Source: Chlorokybus atmophyticus (Eukaryota > Plantae > Mesostigma and Chlorokybus algae). From it: a DNA stretch of 64,000 nucleotides. The stretch is taken from contig RHPI01002048.1 in NCBI GenBank assembly GCA_009103225.1, positions 881,036-945,035 of the forward strand. The letters are read 5' to 3'. How positions within the stretch are numbered: position 1 is the first letter of the stretch; each line of letters starts with the position of its first letter. The notes under the pieces were generated by a model. It was not told the DNA's origin and did no database searches. It saw only the letters and a program-made list of their open reading frames with translations. A program made the position numbers and the translations under genes. This document shows positions 23,610 to 35,338 of the stretch, one piece after another.

Positions 23610-26600
23610 CACCACGTATGGCGCTTGCTTGAGCACGTACAATGCCTTTACAAGTCTGCAAGCAGTGCCTGGTCCTCCCTCCTCATAGCCCTAGGGTTGC
23701 TGCATGTGGATCTCGTCCTTCAACTCTCCGTAGAGGAATGCAGTCTTCACATCCAAGTGGTGTAGCTCCCAATCCTCAGCTACTACAAGTGCAGACATGG
23801 TGCGAAAAGTTACAAGCTTACTAGCAGGGGCGTACACCTCATTAAAGTCAATGCCCTCTTGCTGCAAGTACCCCTTCACCAATCGTGCCTTGTATCTCTC
23901 GATGCGGCCTTGCCCATCGCGCTTGATCTTGTACACCCACTTCACCGGTAAGGGCTTCACTTCAGGTGGGACCTTCTTCAGCCTCCATGTACAATTGGCG
24001 TGCAAGGATGCTATCTCCTTGTCCATCGCATGCTGCCACAGCTCTGTGTCTGGGGCTGTCATGGCCTCCTCATATGTGGTAGGCTCCTCCTCTTTGGTTG
24101 ATGCTGCCAAGCTTTTGAAGCGTCTTTCCTCAGGTCTCGTGCTCCTCAGCATGTACCTGGGCTCCTCCTGGACCTCCACAGCTTCTTTCTCCCATGCTTG
24201 TTGCTGAGACTGATGGTTGGTGTCTGCAGTTTGGTCCTCAGGGTGCGGAATGTGATTGATTGGTGACTCCTCCATGTGGGGGTCCTCCTCCTTCTCAACA
24301 ACAACAACAACCTCTAGGACAGCACCTGTAATGCCTTCCTCCATAAACATCACATCCATACTCACCGCCACCTTGTTGTCTTTCGGCAGCACACGGTAGG
24401 CCTTTGAGTTGAACTTATAACCGATAATTACGCCCTTTTTGCTCTTGGGCGCCAGCTTCTTTTGCAGCTGCTTGGGGATGACAACATACACTGTAGAGCC
24501 GAAAACATAGAGATGTCTGGCCTTTGCTTGGTGAAAAGCTCCCACGGTGTCTGGCCTTTGCTTGAGATGCTTTCGATGAGCGATTGCGCACATACGCTGC
24601 AGTAAGCAGTGCATCTCCCCGCCTATGGTCTTGCATTTTTGCGTCCACCAGCATTGCTCTGACTTTCTCCAACAGGGTTTGTTAAGCCTTTCAGCTGCTC
24701 CGTTCTGCTGCGGGGTGTAGGGTGCCGTGTATTGGTGCGTGATCCCGTGCTCGGCCAACTAGGTCTTTAGCTTCTTGCTGATGTTTTCTCCACCTCTATC
24801 TGACCGCACTGTCACCACCTTTTCTCCATCAGGAGGAGTGCCTTCTTCAGATGTGCCGACACTTCCGACTTCAAATGCAGGGGCACCACCACCGCAACCT
24901 TGCTGTGGTCATCCAGGAATGTACAAAAACACCTGTACCCCTCAACAAGTGCAACAGGCAGTGGTCCGCAAACATTAAAGTGTACCAGAGGCTTGGTTGT
25001 TACACTCTGTGATGCTAGGAATGGCAGTCTTCGTTGCTTCGCTAGCACACAGGGTTCACAAAACACCTCTTGCATGGTTTTGAACTCCTCCGGCTGTTGT
25101 TGATGCCATCCATCATGTCTTCCTCCACCAGCCTGGTGAGGTTATCGTAGCCAAGATGTCCAAGTCATCGATGCCACAGCGCTGCAGACTCTTTTGTCGA
25201 TGCAGTATACGCTTGCACTCTAGCAAGCTTTACATACTCTCCTCCTCCATGATCTTTGGCGATTATGTACACGACCCCATCAAACAGTACACGCCCATGG
25301 TCTCCCTCGAATACAATCCTAGCCCCAGCTCTTGCAGCAGCACGCACGAAGACTAGCCTAACAACCGCTTGGGGAACATCTAACACGTTGCGCAAGCACA
25401 CTTGCCTCTCAGCTCCGTCAACACTGTAGTTGAGGTGGATGTCCCCCATGCCAATGGCTGCTTCCTCACTGCTTTCAAGTGTAACCATGACAGGCTTATG
25501 CCATAAGCCTGTAGCTTTGGAACTACTCCTTGTCAAAGGTGAGATGCTTGTTGCACCCAGAGTCCAGAACCCAAGCAGTAGTAGATCTTGATGCTGCAGC
25601 TGTAAACGTCACGGGTTTTTCACCTTTGTTGTCGTGTCCGCCACCCTTCGCCTTCTCTTGCTCCGCTAACCATAGCCGGCACTCCATCTTTAAGTGGCCC
25701 TTCTTCCCGCAATGATGACACTTGAGGGTCTTCTTGTAGCCTTTCCCTTTCCTGTTGCCACCGTTGTACGAGCCTCCTCCTCCACCCTGACTTCCTTTCT
25801 TTGAGCTTGAAGCATCAAACGCCACCAAATCTTCTTCATTCCTTCTCTTGCCTGTCTTCTCTTCTTGTTAAAGCAGCATGGGCAGCACCACATTGAGCTT
25901 GAGTTCTTCCCTTTGCGTCTCAAGCACGGTCACCACCATGTCGTACTCCTCAGGCAGATCGGTGAGGATAGCCCAAACCAGGTCCACCTCCTTCACCTCG
26001 TGGCCTATCAAGGTGAGGTCTTTCCACAACTCCCTTGCTCGTCCCACGTACTTGGAGATAGGCTCTCCGCTAACTCCTTCTTCAGCGCGGGCTTCTCAGT
26101 TGCAGCTTCCTTGCATTGTAGCTTGCTTTAAATGTGTCTATTAGCTTCTGCCACGCTTCCTTTGCACGCTCACACTCATCAAGCATCACAAGATGGTGAT
26201 CCTTCATGTTCAAGAATAGCAATGCAAATGTCTTTCCACTCTTCTCCAACCACACACTCTGCATACCCTCTACAGGTGCGTTACCGTTGGGATCGGCATA
26301 CTTCCACAAACCGTTGTGCTTCAGGAGCGCCTTTATCTTATGCTCCATGTGCTGTAGTTCTCCAGGTCCAGAGGTGCCACCATCAACCTAACGCTGGAGC
26401 CTTCATCTTCTGCCATCTTGTCACGCCTTCTTTATAGGTCTTCCGCAAGTAGCAGTTCCGATCAGCTCTTCCACTGGTTGTAGTGCTGTCTCCTCTCTTG
26501 AGCCACTAGCAGTGTGGGCCCATAACCTGTTGAACACTGAGCTAGCGCTGGCCAACTACAACGTACACATGCACCAGAACATATACACAAGGCGTGCACA

Positions 26601-27020
26601 CAAGGCTTGCAAAGGGGTTTCACCCGAACCAACAACTTGTTAATTCTGTTGGCCTTTATACCAGCCAGACTACACGTGTATACTTTAGCAAGCACCGCGT
26701 GAGCTATACTCAGCAGATTGCCAATATGTAAGCTTAGCTGTCTGGCTTACAGCCAAAGCTTTCCAACAAGCTAAGCCACGCCTCTTGAGGCTAAGTATAC
26801 GCGAAGTTCTTGCCGTTCTCCCCAGGCGTCGGCTGCGTCAGGCTGCGCCAGCCTCATGAGCAAGTCCGGAGTCTCCTACTTAGTCATACTCCGCGTAGTG
26901 GACTCGATATCTGCTACAGTCTCATGACTGATCGATATCAGCTCACAATAGTAGCAGTATCTTTAAGGCTCATGCCTTAGCCAATCCACAAGCTGACTGG
27001 ACTGAGCAGTGTGCAAGACA
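23610..27020 (-). mobile_element. Ty1/Copia element B, 3'-truncated within RT, with many frameshifts
   Basis: Gag (26082-26348), knuckle CHHCGKKGHLKMEC, WVLDSGCNKH, WHR..GHLGY, CEPCVLAKQRRLPF, TAPYTPQQNGAAERLN, RT KWVYKIKRD...YKARLV...LDVKTAFLYG...CRLVKALYVLKQAP, then an abrupt switch to unrelated sequence. Confidence 0.9.
26528..27020 (-). repeat. 5' LTR of Copia B (outer end approximate)
   Basis: Minus strand ends ...TTCAACA and is followed by PBS GGTTATGGGCCCACACT (26511-26527). Its start resembles the other Copia LTR (CCAGTCAGCTTG vs CCGGTCAGCTTG). Confidence 0.75.
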
Positions 27021-27432
27021 TGCTCATGCTAACAGGCACTGTTACTGCCTTGACCCTCCATTGGACAAGGTGCCGTTGTGGGAGTATTGGTGCGATGACT
27101 GCCGCATTAACAATCCTCCACACAGTTGGTAGAAGCTGAGTCCTGGAGCAGGAGGCTACCCCAGAACCTTAAGGGGGGGTGGCTTGTTGACTGCGTGTAC
27201 TACAGCACAATAGGTACAGTAAGGAGGCGAGCATCACTAGCTTTACTACTAATCAGATCCTCACATAGGTTCATCCCCGAGCTTATGCCTATGTCTGAGG
27301 GATTGACTTTGTTTGTGTTGCTCTAATGCTGCGCGTAGCACCAGCATGCCCACGGCATGGGCACTCGTCTGCAATGTGCCCGAGACGGTGTGACCCTTGA
27401 CCATGGCAAGCACGACACAGTAAGGTACCCGG

Positions 27433-27434
<2 letters not shown>

Positions 27435-27470
<36 letters not shown>
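27435..27470. repeat. (AT)18 microsatellite
   Basis: Direct reading. Confidence 0.95.
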
Positions 27471-27477
<7 letters not shown>

Positions 27478-27887
27478 CTTTTCATCTGAGCACCACGCTC
27501 CAAGTACGACATAGTTAGAATACTTGTTCTGTGCACGACAACGTAATAGAGATCTTCAAAATCATGTGACCCACGCTCATGAACACAACGCTTACCTTAC
27601 GCTTCACTTGAAGTTGATAGCTTCCATGACCATTGTACTTCATCGTCCAGGAATATTGCCACTGAGGCTGACCTATAGATTTCAGAACTGCAACACGTGG
27701 CACGAGAACGACGTTAATGGTGGTCGCGGCATTCGGCTTCTCAGCCCCTGTCAATTTCAGATCGTCATCTGTCGGTACAAGCTGATCACTCTCGTGTACA
27801 CAACACAAAGACATTTAAGCTCAGAGAAGCTGATGCACACCCCAAATTGCTTACATGAATAGATGGTGTCCTTGTTTACATCACTGC

Positions 27888-28404
27888 TGTAACGGGAGCA
27901 ATAATAATAGGGGTATTATTGCTACTTAAATAACACATTCTGTATGAATAAGTATCCAAATAGGCTTATTTATACCTCTTTTTTACGGTTCCTCGCTTAT
28001 TAAAGGCTATGATGCTTTATCATAGCTTAAATAAGTCTGAATGGGTGTAGAACCGCTTATTCAAGCCTATTTAGTGTTACATTGATAATGTGAACACTAT
28101 CTCGTTAGGTGCCTTACGATAGGTATCTTTCGATAGGTACCTTATCGATAGGTACCTTATCTGAGCTGTGATTGGCTCACGCTAGATTTCTCAACTACCC
28201 TATCTGTAGGGTCGATGTCTAATTGTGAGTTAATTATCGAGAGGTATATAGTTGATATACTCTTGATATAAAAGGTCACATCAAACTGATGTGGGGAGTT
28301 TTCTGCTAAGTGGCGGCCACGCCGTTGAAAGGCTTGTCATAGGCGGTGTGGGTGTTGGGGTAGAGGACTGAAGGGGCATCACCGGCGACGGTGGTGATGT
28401 TACA
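27888..28404 (+). repeat. 5' LTR of chromovirus C
   Basis: Direct repeat of 33339-33847. Confidence 0.95.
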
Positions 28405-28929
28405 TTGGTATCCAGGAGCTGGGGGGTGACGTGGGTACTTATAGGGGGCGGCGACCTGCTTCCGGCTAATCAGAAGGCGGCGGCGGCGGCGGCGGCCTCC
28501 TATTCGTCCACGCAGCCCAAGCTTCAAGTTTGCTTCCCCGCGCTACCTCCACGTTGAAGCCACCCATCAAAGAGGCGGCCTCTCCACGTGTGAGGTACCA
28601 TCACACACGTCGGTGACTTGCCTGCTTGCCAGCTGCTTGCCAGGTGCATGCCAGGTGCATGTATGTACTTTCATGCACATCATCATTTAATGACTTGCCA
28701 GTGCATGAGAGTGCGGCTTGCTAGTGCCATTACTGCTTGTCACACTTAGTGCACTATCATTGCTTGCAGTGATTGCCTGTCATTGCATGCGGTGAGTGCT
28801 TATCATTATGCTTACCGGTGCATGTCACAGTTGGTCACTGTACGGCCTGTCTGTTGCATGCCTGTGACGTACCTGTGACCTGCCAGCTGCTTTTCCGGGT
28901 CACTTAACCCGGGTCCGTAAGTTCTCAAC

Positions 28930-29110
28930 CAAGCTGTTTTCAAACCCTCCCCCTCTGGCTTCGGCCTGGAGATCGGGACTTGGTTGAGACAGTTTTGGGG
29001 AGGTTTTAAGACATTCTGTTCCCAAACATTGTTATTCTGAAACCCTCCCCCTCTAGCTTCGACCTGGAGATTAAGACTTGGTTGAGGACAACACAGGGTT
29101 AGGACATTCT
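28930..29110 (+). repeat. ~100-bp direct repeat in chromovirus C leader
   Basis: AAACCCTCCCCCTCT.GCTTCG.CCTGGAGAT...GACTTGGTTGAG occurs twice. Confidence 0.75.
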
Positions 29111-29284
29111 GGTCCCACTCAGACTTGTTTTGTTTGGTGACACTCCAGATCCAACCTTTTTTGTTTTGGGATTGGTGTAAACTGAGTTTGGGACTTTTAC
29201 AACTTGGGGTCATTTTTATCCTCTCGTTGAACCTGGTCCATTGGTGAGGTTCTCACCATTCCATTTTGCCTATTTAACAGACAA

Positions 29285-30475
29285 ATGGAAGAGAACTCGG
29301 TGCCCACCTCCAAGGGGGAAAGCTCGCAAAAAGAGCAATTTTCCCGTGAGGAGGAGTTTCCATCCACGGAGGACTTTTCCAACCCGGATGATGCACCTGA
29401 TGAGTCTTATGCTGCTAAGGATGTGGATGGCTTGGTGGAACCAAACGGGCCACCACCACCACCATCATTCGTGCAGCCTGAAGTCTCAATTCACTTGACA
29501 AAACAGAAGTTGATGGACCACTTTCTTGGCACCTATGATGAGGAGCCTTGCGAGGCAACTGTCTCGCTCGTCAACTTCCTCTTTCATGTGGCGGAAAAGA
29601 TCTTAAAGCTCACCACCTTTATGGGGCGAGATTGGGAGGGAACGATGGGTGAAGGAAAACGTGTTATGAACATGAGCGAGCGCCTTCAACGCTCTGATAG
29701 TGGTCCACCTGTTGAGGCGCTTGCTCGACCTGCCGAGTTTGTTCCCAACAAACAAGCGGCAATTTTCGACTGGCTCGTGAAGCTGAGACATTATGTCAAC
29801 TCCCTTCACATTTTTAAGGAGGGGAAGTTGCGTGTAGCTGAGTTGCTGATCCCAAACGATGCTCTGGCAGAGTGGTACCGCCGTAAGCAACGGGATACGA
29901 ACCTCGGGCGGGAAGTGAATCAGTTGTGCTCTTTTATGGAGCAGCACTATGGTGGCGCAGATCCTGCCCAGGTTGCTCGCAATCAGTTGCACAATCTGCG
30001 TTAAAACAAGCGTCCGATTCAGCAGTATAACCAGGATTTTTAGTCGTTTATCAGCAAGATTAATGCTGGCAAACTACCTATCAGTGATGCTGATCAGCTG
30101 GATATGTTCAGGCGTGGCTTGAACACAGATCTCGTGCAGCATGTGGCCGTCAACCCCGCAAATTTGCAAAAGTGGGCCTCGACGGATTTACCAATGCTGA
30201 TGCAGATGGTTGCTGCTGTGGACAGTGTGAAGCGCTCTCACGCAAACATGCAAACCACAGCAAAAAAGGCAGCCCCGGTTTCAGCTTCCAAGCGCCCGGC
30301 CACTGACAACAAACCTTTTGTGAAAAAGGCGAAAACATCTCAGCCTGCTGGCCCCTACAACGCGGCCAAATCCACCATTACTTGCAACTTCTGCAAGAAG
30401 ACAGATCATGTGGAGGCCAAGTGCTATACAAAGCAGCATGCACAGAAGGCCAAGCAGCAGAAGGACAAGAAATAG
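29285..30475 (+). pseudogene. Gag of chromovirus C
   Basis: PAEFVPNKQAAIFDWLVKL...ARNQLHNLR, with in-frame TAA 30002 and TAG 30041; CCHC CNFCKKTDHVEAKC. Confidence 0.85.
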
Positions 30476-33192
30476 GAATTGTCCGTGGTTGGTAGCTTAA
30501 TCGAGCAGAACGACTTTAAAAAGTCTGTACTGCTTGATAAAGTTTCCTCTCTTTGTGATGTATCAGATGTATGGACTGATGTGAGCACACCACCTGTGTA
30601 GACAAATGCAAACGGTTGTGTTTTAATCAATATTTCATTGTCTGAATTGGTAACTGCTATTAAGCACTTACACGAGTTGCAATTACAACATGCTGTCACT
30701 GCATGCGTGGTTATCCCTCGGTATCATAGCCTGTGGTCGCGATTGCTGAAAGGGGGAGAAGTAATTATGCAACTCTCACGCAAGGATACAGGAGCTTCAC
30801 CGTTGCAAGTGATCTTTATTAAGCCTGCTACCAATTACGGCACTCCGATATTGGTTACATTTGATGGTCACTCAGCGCCACTCAAATGGAGATTTGAGAG
30901 TCGACTTATGGGTACACCATGTACAGCATTAATTGATACTGGTGCAAACCATAACTTTGTTGAACATGCTTGGGTGAAACGTAATAACATACCTTTCACA
31001 CCAGTCACGTCGTATGTACATGCTGCTGGTTCCACCCTTAATGCAATTGGGGAGGTGAAGGGGCGTTTTTTAATTAATAGCCACAAGACTCGACCAGCTT
31101 TCATTGTGGTGGATATAGGTATCCCCGGGGTGGATGTTGTTTTGGGTGAACAGTGGCACACCGAAGCAGGTTTGCAATTGGACTCTCGTGCAAATACGTG
31201 CAGCCTTCGTAAGGGTAAACGTAAGGTGACGTTAACCGCATTTGTACTCACACGTGTTGCTCGCGAGAATGTTCCGCTCCTCTCTGCTATGCAATTGAAA
31301 CATTGCATGCGTAAACGTGAGGAAGTATATTTTATGCACTTACGACGGGTAGAGACACTTGTTGAACAGGCCGTAATCGACCATGTGGTGCAATCACTTA
31401 CGGAACAATACGCAGATGTATTTCAGGATGAAGTCCCGGAGTTGCCTCCTGATAGAAACATACATCATACCATTCCGTTGGAAGAGGGGGCAAAGCCACC
31501 TTGGCGGCCTATCTATAGGCTAAGTCCCTTAGAACACGCGGAAATGGAAAAACAGCTCAAAGAGTTATTGGACAAAGGTTTAATAACAATGAACATATTT
31601 CCTTTGGGTGCACCAATTTTGTTTGTGCCCAAAACAAATGGCAAGCTACGCATGTGTATTGATTACCGTGCGTTGAACAAGGTTACTGTGAAAAATAGAT
31701 ACCCTTTGCCTCGGATTGATAAGTTGTTTCATAAGTTGTCAGGTGCAACAGTGTTCAGCACACTGGATTTGGACAATGGTTATATAAATCAAAATCCACC
31801 CGTTGGATATACAAAAAAATGCATTTCGCGCCCCACTTGGACACTTTGAGTATAAAGTGTTACCATTTGGGTTAACAAATGCACCGGCTACGTTTCAGAC
31901 AGCAATGAACGCGGTATTTGCTGGTGAATTGTACAAGTTTGTACAGGTAAATCTGGACAACATTAGTGTGTTCAGCAAATCCCGGGAGGACCACCACAGG
32001 CATGTGGAATTGGTAGCTAAGTTACGCGAACACAAATTTTATGCCAACCTGTCCAAATGCAACTTTGCAAAGGATGAACTACCCTTTTCAGGGCATGTGA
32101 TTGGCAAAGAAGGATTGAAACCAGATCCTCAAAAGGTGTGTGCGGTGAAGGATTGGCCACCACCCAAGGATGTACATCAGTTACGTGCTTTCTTGGGGCT
32201 AGCTAATTACTTTCGCAAGTTCATGCGAGCATATTCTAGCATGGCAAATCCTTTAACATCTTTACTAAGAAAAGATGTTAAATTTGTGTGGACGGAGGCA
32301 CGCGAGGTTGTTTTTACACGCATTAAAGATGCATTAACACAAGCCCCTGTATTAGCCTTCCCCGACCACACCAAGCCTTTTCTGGTGATCAGTGATGCTT
32401 CCACCATTAGGTGTGGGGCAGTCCTTCTACAGGATGACAGACCATGTGCATATGAAAGCAGAAAGTTCATTCCTGCTGAACGTAGTTACAACCACAGAGC
32501 AGGAATTGCTCGGGGTGGTGCACGCGCTGCGCACATGGCGTTGCTACTTGGAAGGTGTGGAGTTTTCAGTGATTATTGATCACAACCCGCTCACATTTTT
32601 TCATACGCAACAAAATCTGTCGAGGTGGCAAGCTAGGTGGAATGAATTCATTTCTCGTTTCACTTTCACTTGGCAATACCGTCCAGGCTCAAGTCAAGCT
32701 GTGTCTGTCAGAAGCACAGGATAGGCAAAAAGCTTATGCTGATACACATCGAGAATGGCCACTTTCGATGTCCGCGATAAAGTTTTGCTTAACGCAAAGA
32801 ACATAACCATCGAAGGTACGGGTGCTCGCAAGTTGCTGCCTCGATGGTTAGGTCCTTTCTCTATCTCTGATGGAGTTGGTACGCACGCTTATAGTCTGCA
32901 ATTGCCCCCAAGTGTGCGTATACACAACGTGTTCCATGTGAACTTGTTGAAACCTTACCGCTCAGACGGTAGAACACAGCCTCCACCACCGCCAGTTGAG
33001 GTGGACAGCGAGCTCAAATACGAGGTGGAAGCTATATTCAACCATAAGCTAAATAGTCGAGGACGCGCAACTCGCTTTTTAATAAAATGGAAAGGGTATG
33101 GCCCAGAACATAACAGTTGGGAGCCCGACATGCATCTTACGCACTGCCGCGAGTTGCTTCGAGCTTATTGGGATTCACGTCCGGTCCCATAA
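30476..33192 (+). pseudogene. Pol of chromovirus C: MTase-like relic, protease, RT, RNase H, deleted integrase core, chromodomain
   Basis: [55 protein letters not shown]. The RNase H end joins almost directly to the integrase C-terminus (no D,D35E core seen); chromodomain YEVEAIF...FLIKWKGYGPEHNSWEP. Confidence 0.88.
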
Positions 33193-33338
33193 ACTGTGGG
33201 CTTGGTTTATGACAGACTGGCAGTGCAGTTTCATTACCACCCTGTCATTTCCTGCTATCTCACTAGTTACAATTACTCGAAATCAAGCCTGATCAACTTG
33301 AGTTCAACGAGGATGTTGAAAACCTAAGTGGGGGGGAA

Positions 33339-33847
33339 TGTAACGGGAGCAATAATAATAGGGGTATTATTGCTACCTAAATAACACATTCTCTGTGTAA
33401 ATATCTAAATATGCTTATTTATACCTCTTTTCTACGGTTCCTCGCTTAATAAAGGCTATGGTGCTTTATAATAGCTTAAATAAGTCCCAATGGGTGTAGA
33501 ACCGCTTATTCAAGCCAATTTATTGTCACATTCGATAAAATGTGAACACTATCTCGTTAGGTACCATACGATAGGTACCTTATCGATAGGTACCTTATTT
33601 CAGCTGTAATTGGCTCACGCTAGATTTTCTAACTACCCTATCCGTAGGGTCGATGTCTAGTTGTGAGTTATCAAGAGGTATATAGTTGATATACTTTTGA
33701 TATAAAAGGTCACATCAAACTGGTGTGGTGGGGACTTTCAGTGCTCTGCTCAGTGGCGGCCACGCCGTTAAAAGGCTTGTTATAGGCGGTTTGGGTGTTG
33801 GGGTAGAGGAATGAAGGGGCATCACCGGCGACGGTGGTGCTGTTACA
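33339..33847 (+). repeat. 3' LTR of chromovirus C
   Basis: Direct repeat of 27888-28404. Confidence 0.95.
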
Positions 33848-34986
33848 ACTGTTGTCGCTCGAGTCTTTGTCAACTGGCTCTCTGTTATTGTTGGGTTTAT
33901 CGTCGGTGTTGTCTTCTAGCTTCTTGTCCTTCTAATTAGCATAAAAAGTAATCTCGACAGCCTTTAACTTTTTTTTCCGAACTTGCAGGTGTTTCAAGCG
34001 GAGGAGTCTTGTCTCGCTTCTTGGTGGCACTTCTATTCGGCTGCGTGCCGGACGGCTTTCGTTGCAAACCTTGATCAGGGTCAACTTTGGCCAGGGGTAA
34101 ACTGCAAATTACAAAGGTAGTAAGATTCCATTCACCAAGCAGGTAGATAACATTCAGAACAAAGATCTTGAACATAAAACAAATGGCAACTAAGAGAGGT
34201 CCAAGAGCTTCGACCTCCAAGAGCTCCAGCTAAGAGAGGTTTAAGATCTTGAACCTCCAAGATCTTAAAAACAGCAACACGAGCAGCAGGAGGCGTACTT
34301 GAACGGTGGACGAATGCTGGAACACTTTGATCTGCGTGGAGTAGTCTTCGCCTGTGCATCCTCCTCCTCTAAATTGTCCTGGATTGCCTTGCATAGCATC
34401 GTATATCATTTAAATTCATTGCTAACCTACTTGGACATCGCAAGCGTATCAGCCAACAGCACTCAACTGCAACACAGCCACAGCAAGCAAGCAACTTCAA
34501 CGGAAGTTGCTGTACGCAGCAAGCAACCACAGTTAGTAACTAGCAACAACTTCAACACATCAATTAAGCGCTAGCAAGCAAGCAATGCGACTAACAATTG
34601 GTTGCTGCGCACAGAAGTTGCTGCGCACAGAAGTTGCTGTGCGTAGCAACCAACCACAATTGGAAGTTAGCAGCAACTACAGCAACAACAGTACCTGCTA
34701 GCAACAACAGCAAGTAGCAACTACCTGTATCAACAAAACACTCAGCACTTTCGGAATAAGTTGATTACTGCGCGTACAGAAGTTGCTGTGCGAAGTCAAC
34801 TACAGCAATAGTGGTGCTGCTGTTGCTATACCATGCAGCCGCAGCGGCAGCAGCAATCACAGGCAATTAAAAACAAGAAATGCAACAAAAACAAACTAAC
34901 ACTACAAAAACATAAAACACATACCTGATCGCCTTGCGCTTTCCGCCCGGACCCCCCATGCTGCTGCACCCACACCCACACTAGGA

Positions 34987-35040
34987 TTAGTGTTAGTGTT
35001 AGTGTTAGGGTTAGGGTTAGGGTTAGGGTTAGGGTTAGTG
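34987..35040 (+). repeat. Interstitial telomere-like array (TTAGTG)3(TTAGGG)5(TTAGTG)
   Basis: Direct reading. Confidence 0.9.
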
Positions 35041-35280
35041 CTGCACCCACACCCACGCCCACGCCCACGCCCACGCCGCCCCAATCAACCCTGCCCCCAC
35101 ACATGGATGCGCCCCGTTTCAACCTCCTACGCCAACGCCCGCCGCCCAAACGACGCCAACGCCAACACCAACGCCAACGCCGCCCCTGCCCCCCGCAGTC
35201 GCCAACGCGCCCCACCTAACAGCTGCTAGGGTTTTCGGCTATGGCTGCCGAGGCGAGAAACCCTAGGTGGCGGGGCGCTA

Positions 35281-35338
35281 CCTCTCATACCATGAAAGCA
35301 ACTCCAACTTGTCGGAGTTGCTTTCACGGTATGTGAGG
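35281..35338. repeat. 25-bp inverted repeat (23/25 matches, 8-nt loop)
   Basis: CCTCTCATACCATGAAAGCAACTCC / GGAGTTGCTTTCACGGTATGTGAGG. Confidence 0.9.

Larger units (their letters stand above)
27888..33847 (+). mobile_element. Full-length chromovirus C (Ty3/Gypsy with chromodomain), inactivated
   Basis: LTRs 27888-28404 and 33339-33847 (TGT...ACA), PBS TGGTATC at 28406, PPT GGGGGGGAA before 33339, flanks ACTGC/ACTGT (TSD with one transition). Confidence 0.95.
27515..34400 (-). pseudogene. Unknown spliced gene interrupted in an exon by chromovirus C
   Basis: Removing 27888-33847 and one TSD copy gives an open frame KDKKLEDNTDDKPNNNREPVDKDSSDNS-DVNKDTIYS, bounded by an AG acceptor and a GTAAGC donor. 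Further ORF pieces lie at 27515-27814 and 33936-34100. Confidence 0.5.

Noticed and set aside
30473-30481. Programmed gag-pol stop read-through
   Set aside because: The context TAG GAA TTG is not a known leaky signal, and nearby stops are best explained by C>T decay; a consensus is needed to decide.
34987-35040. True chromosome end
   Set aside because: Only nine units, with ordinary sequence on both sides.
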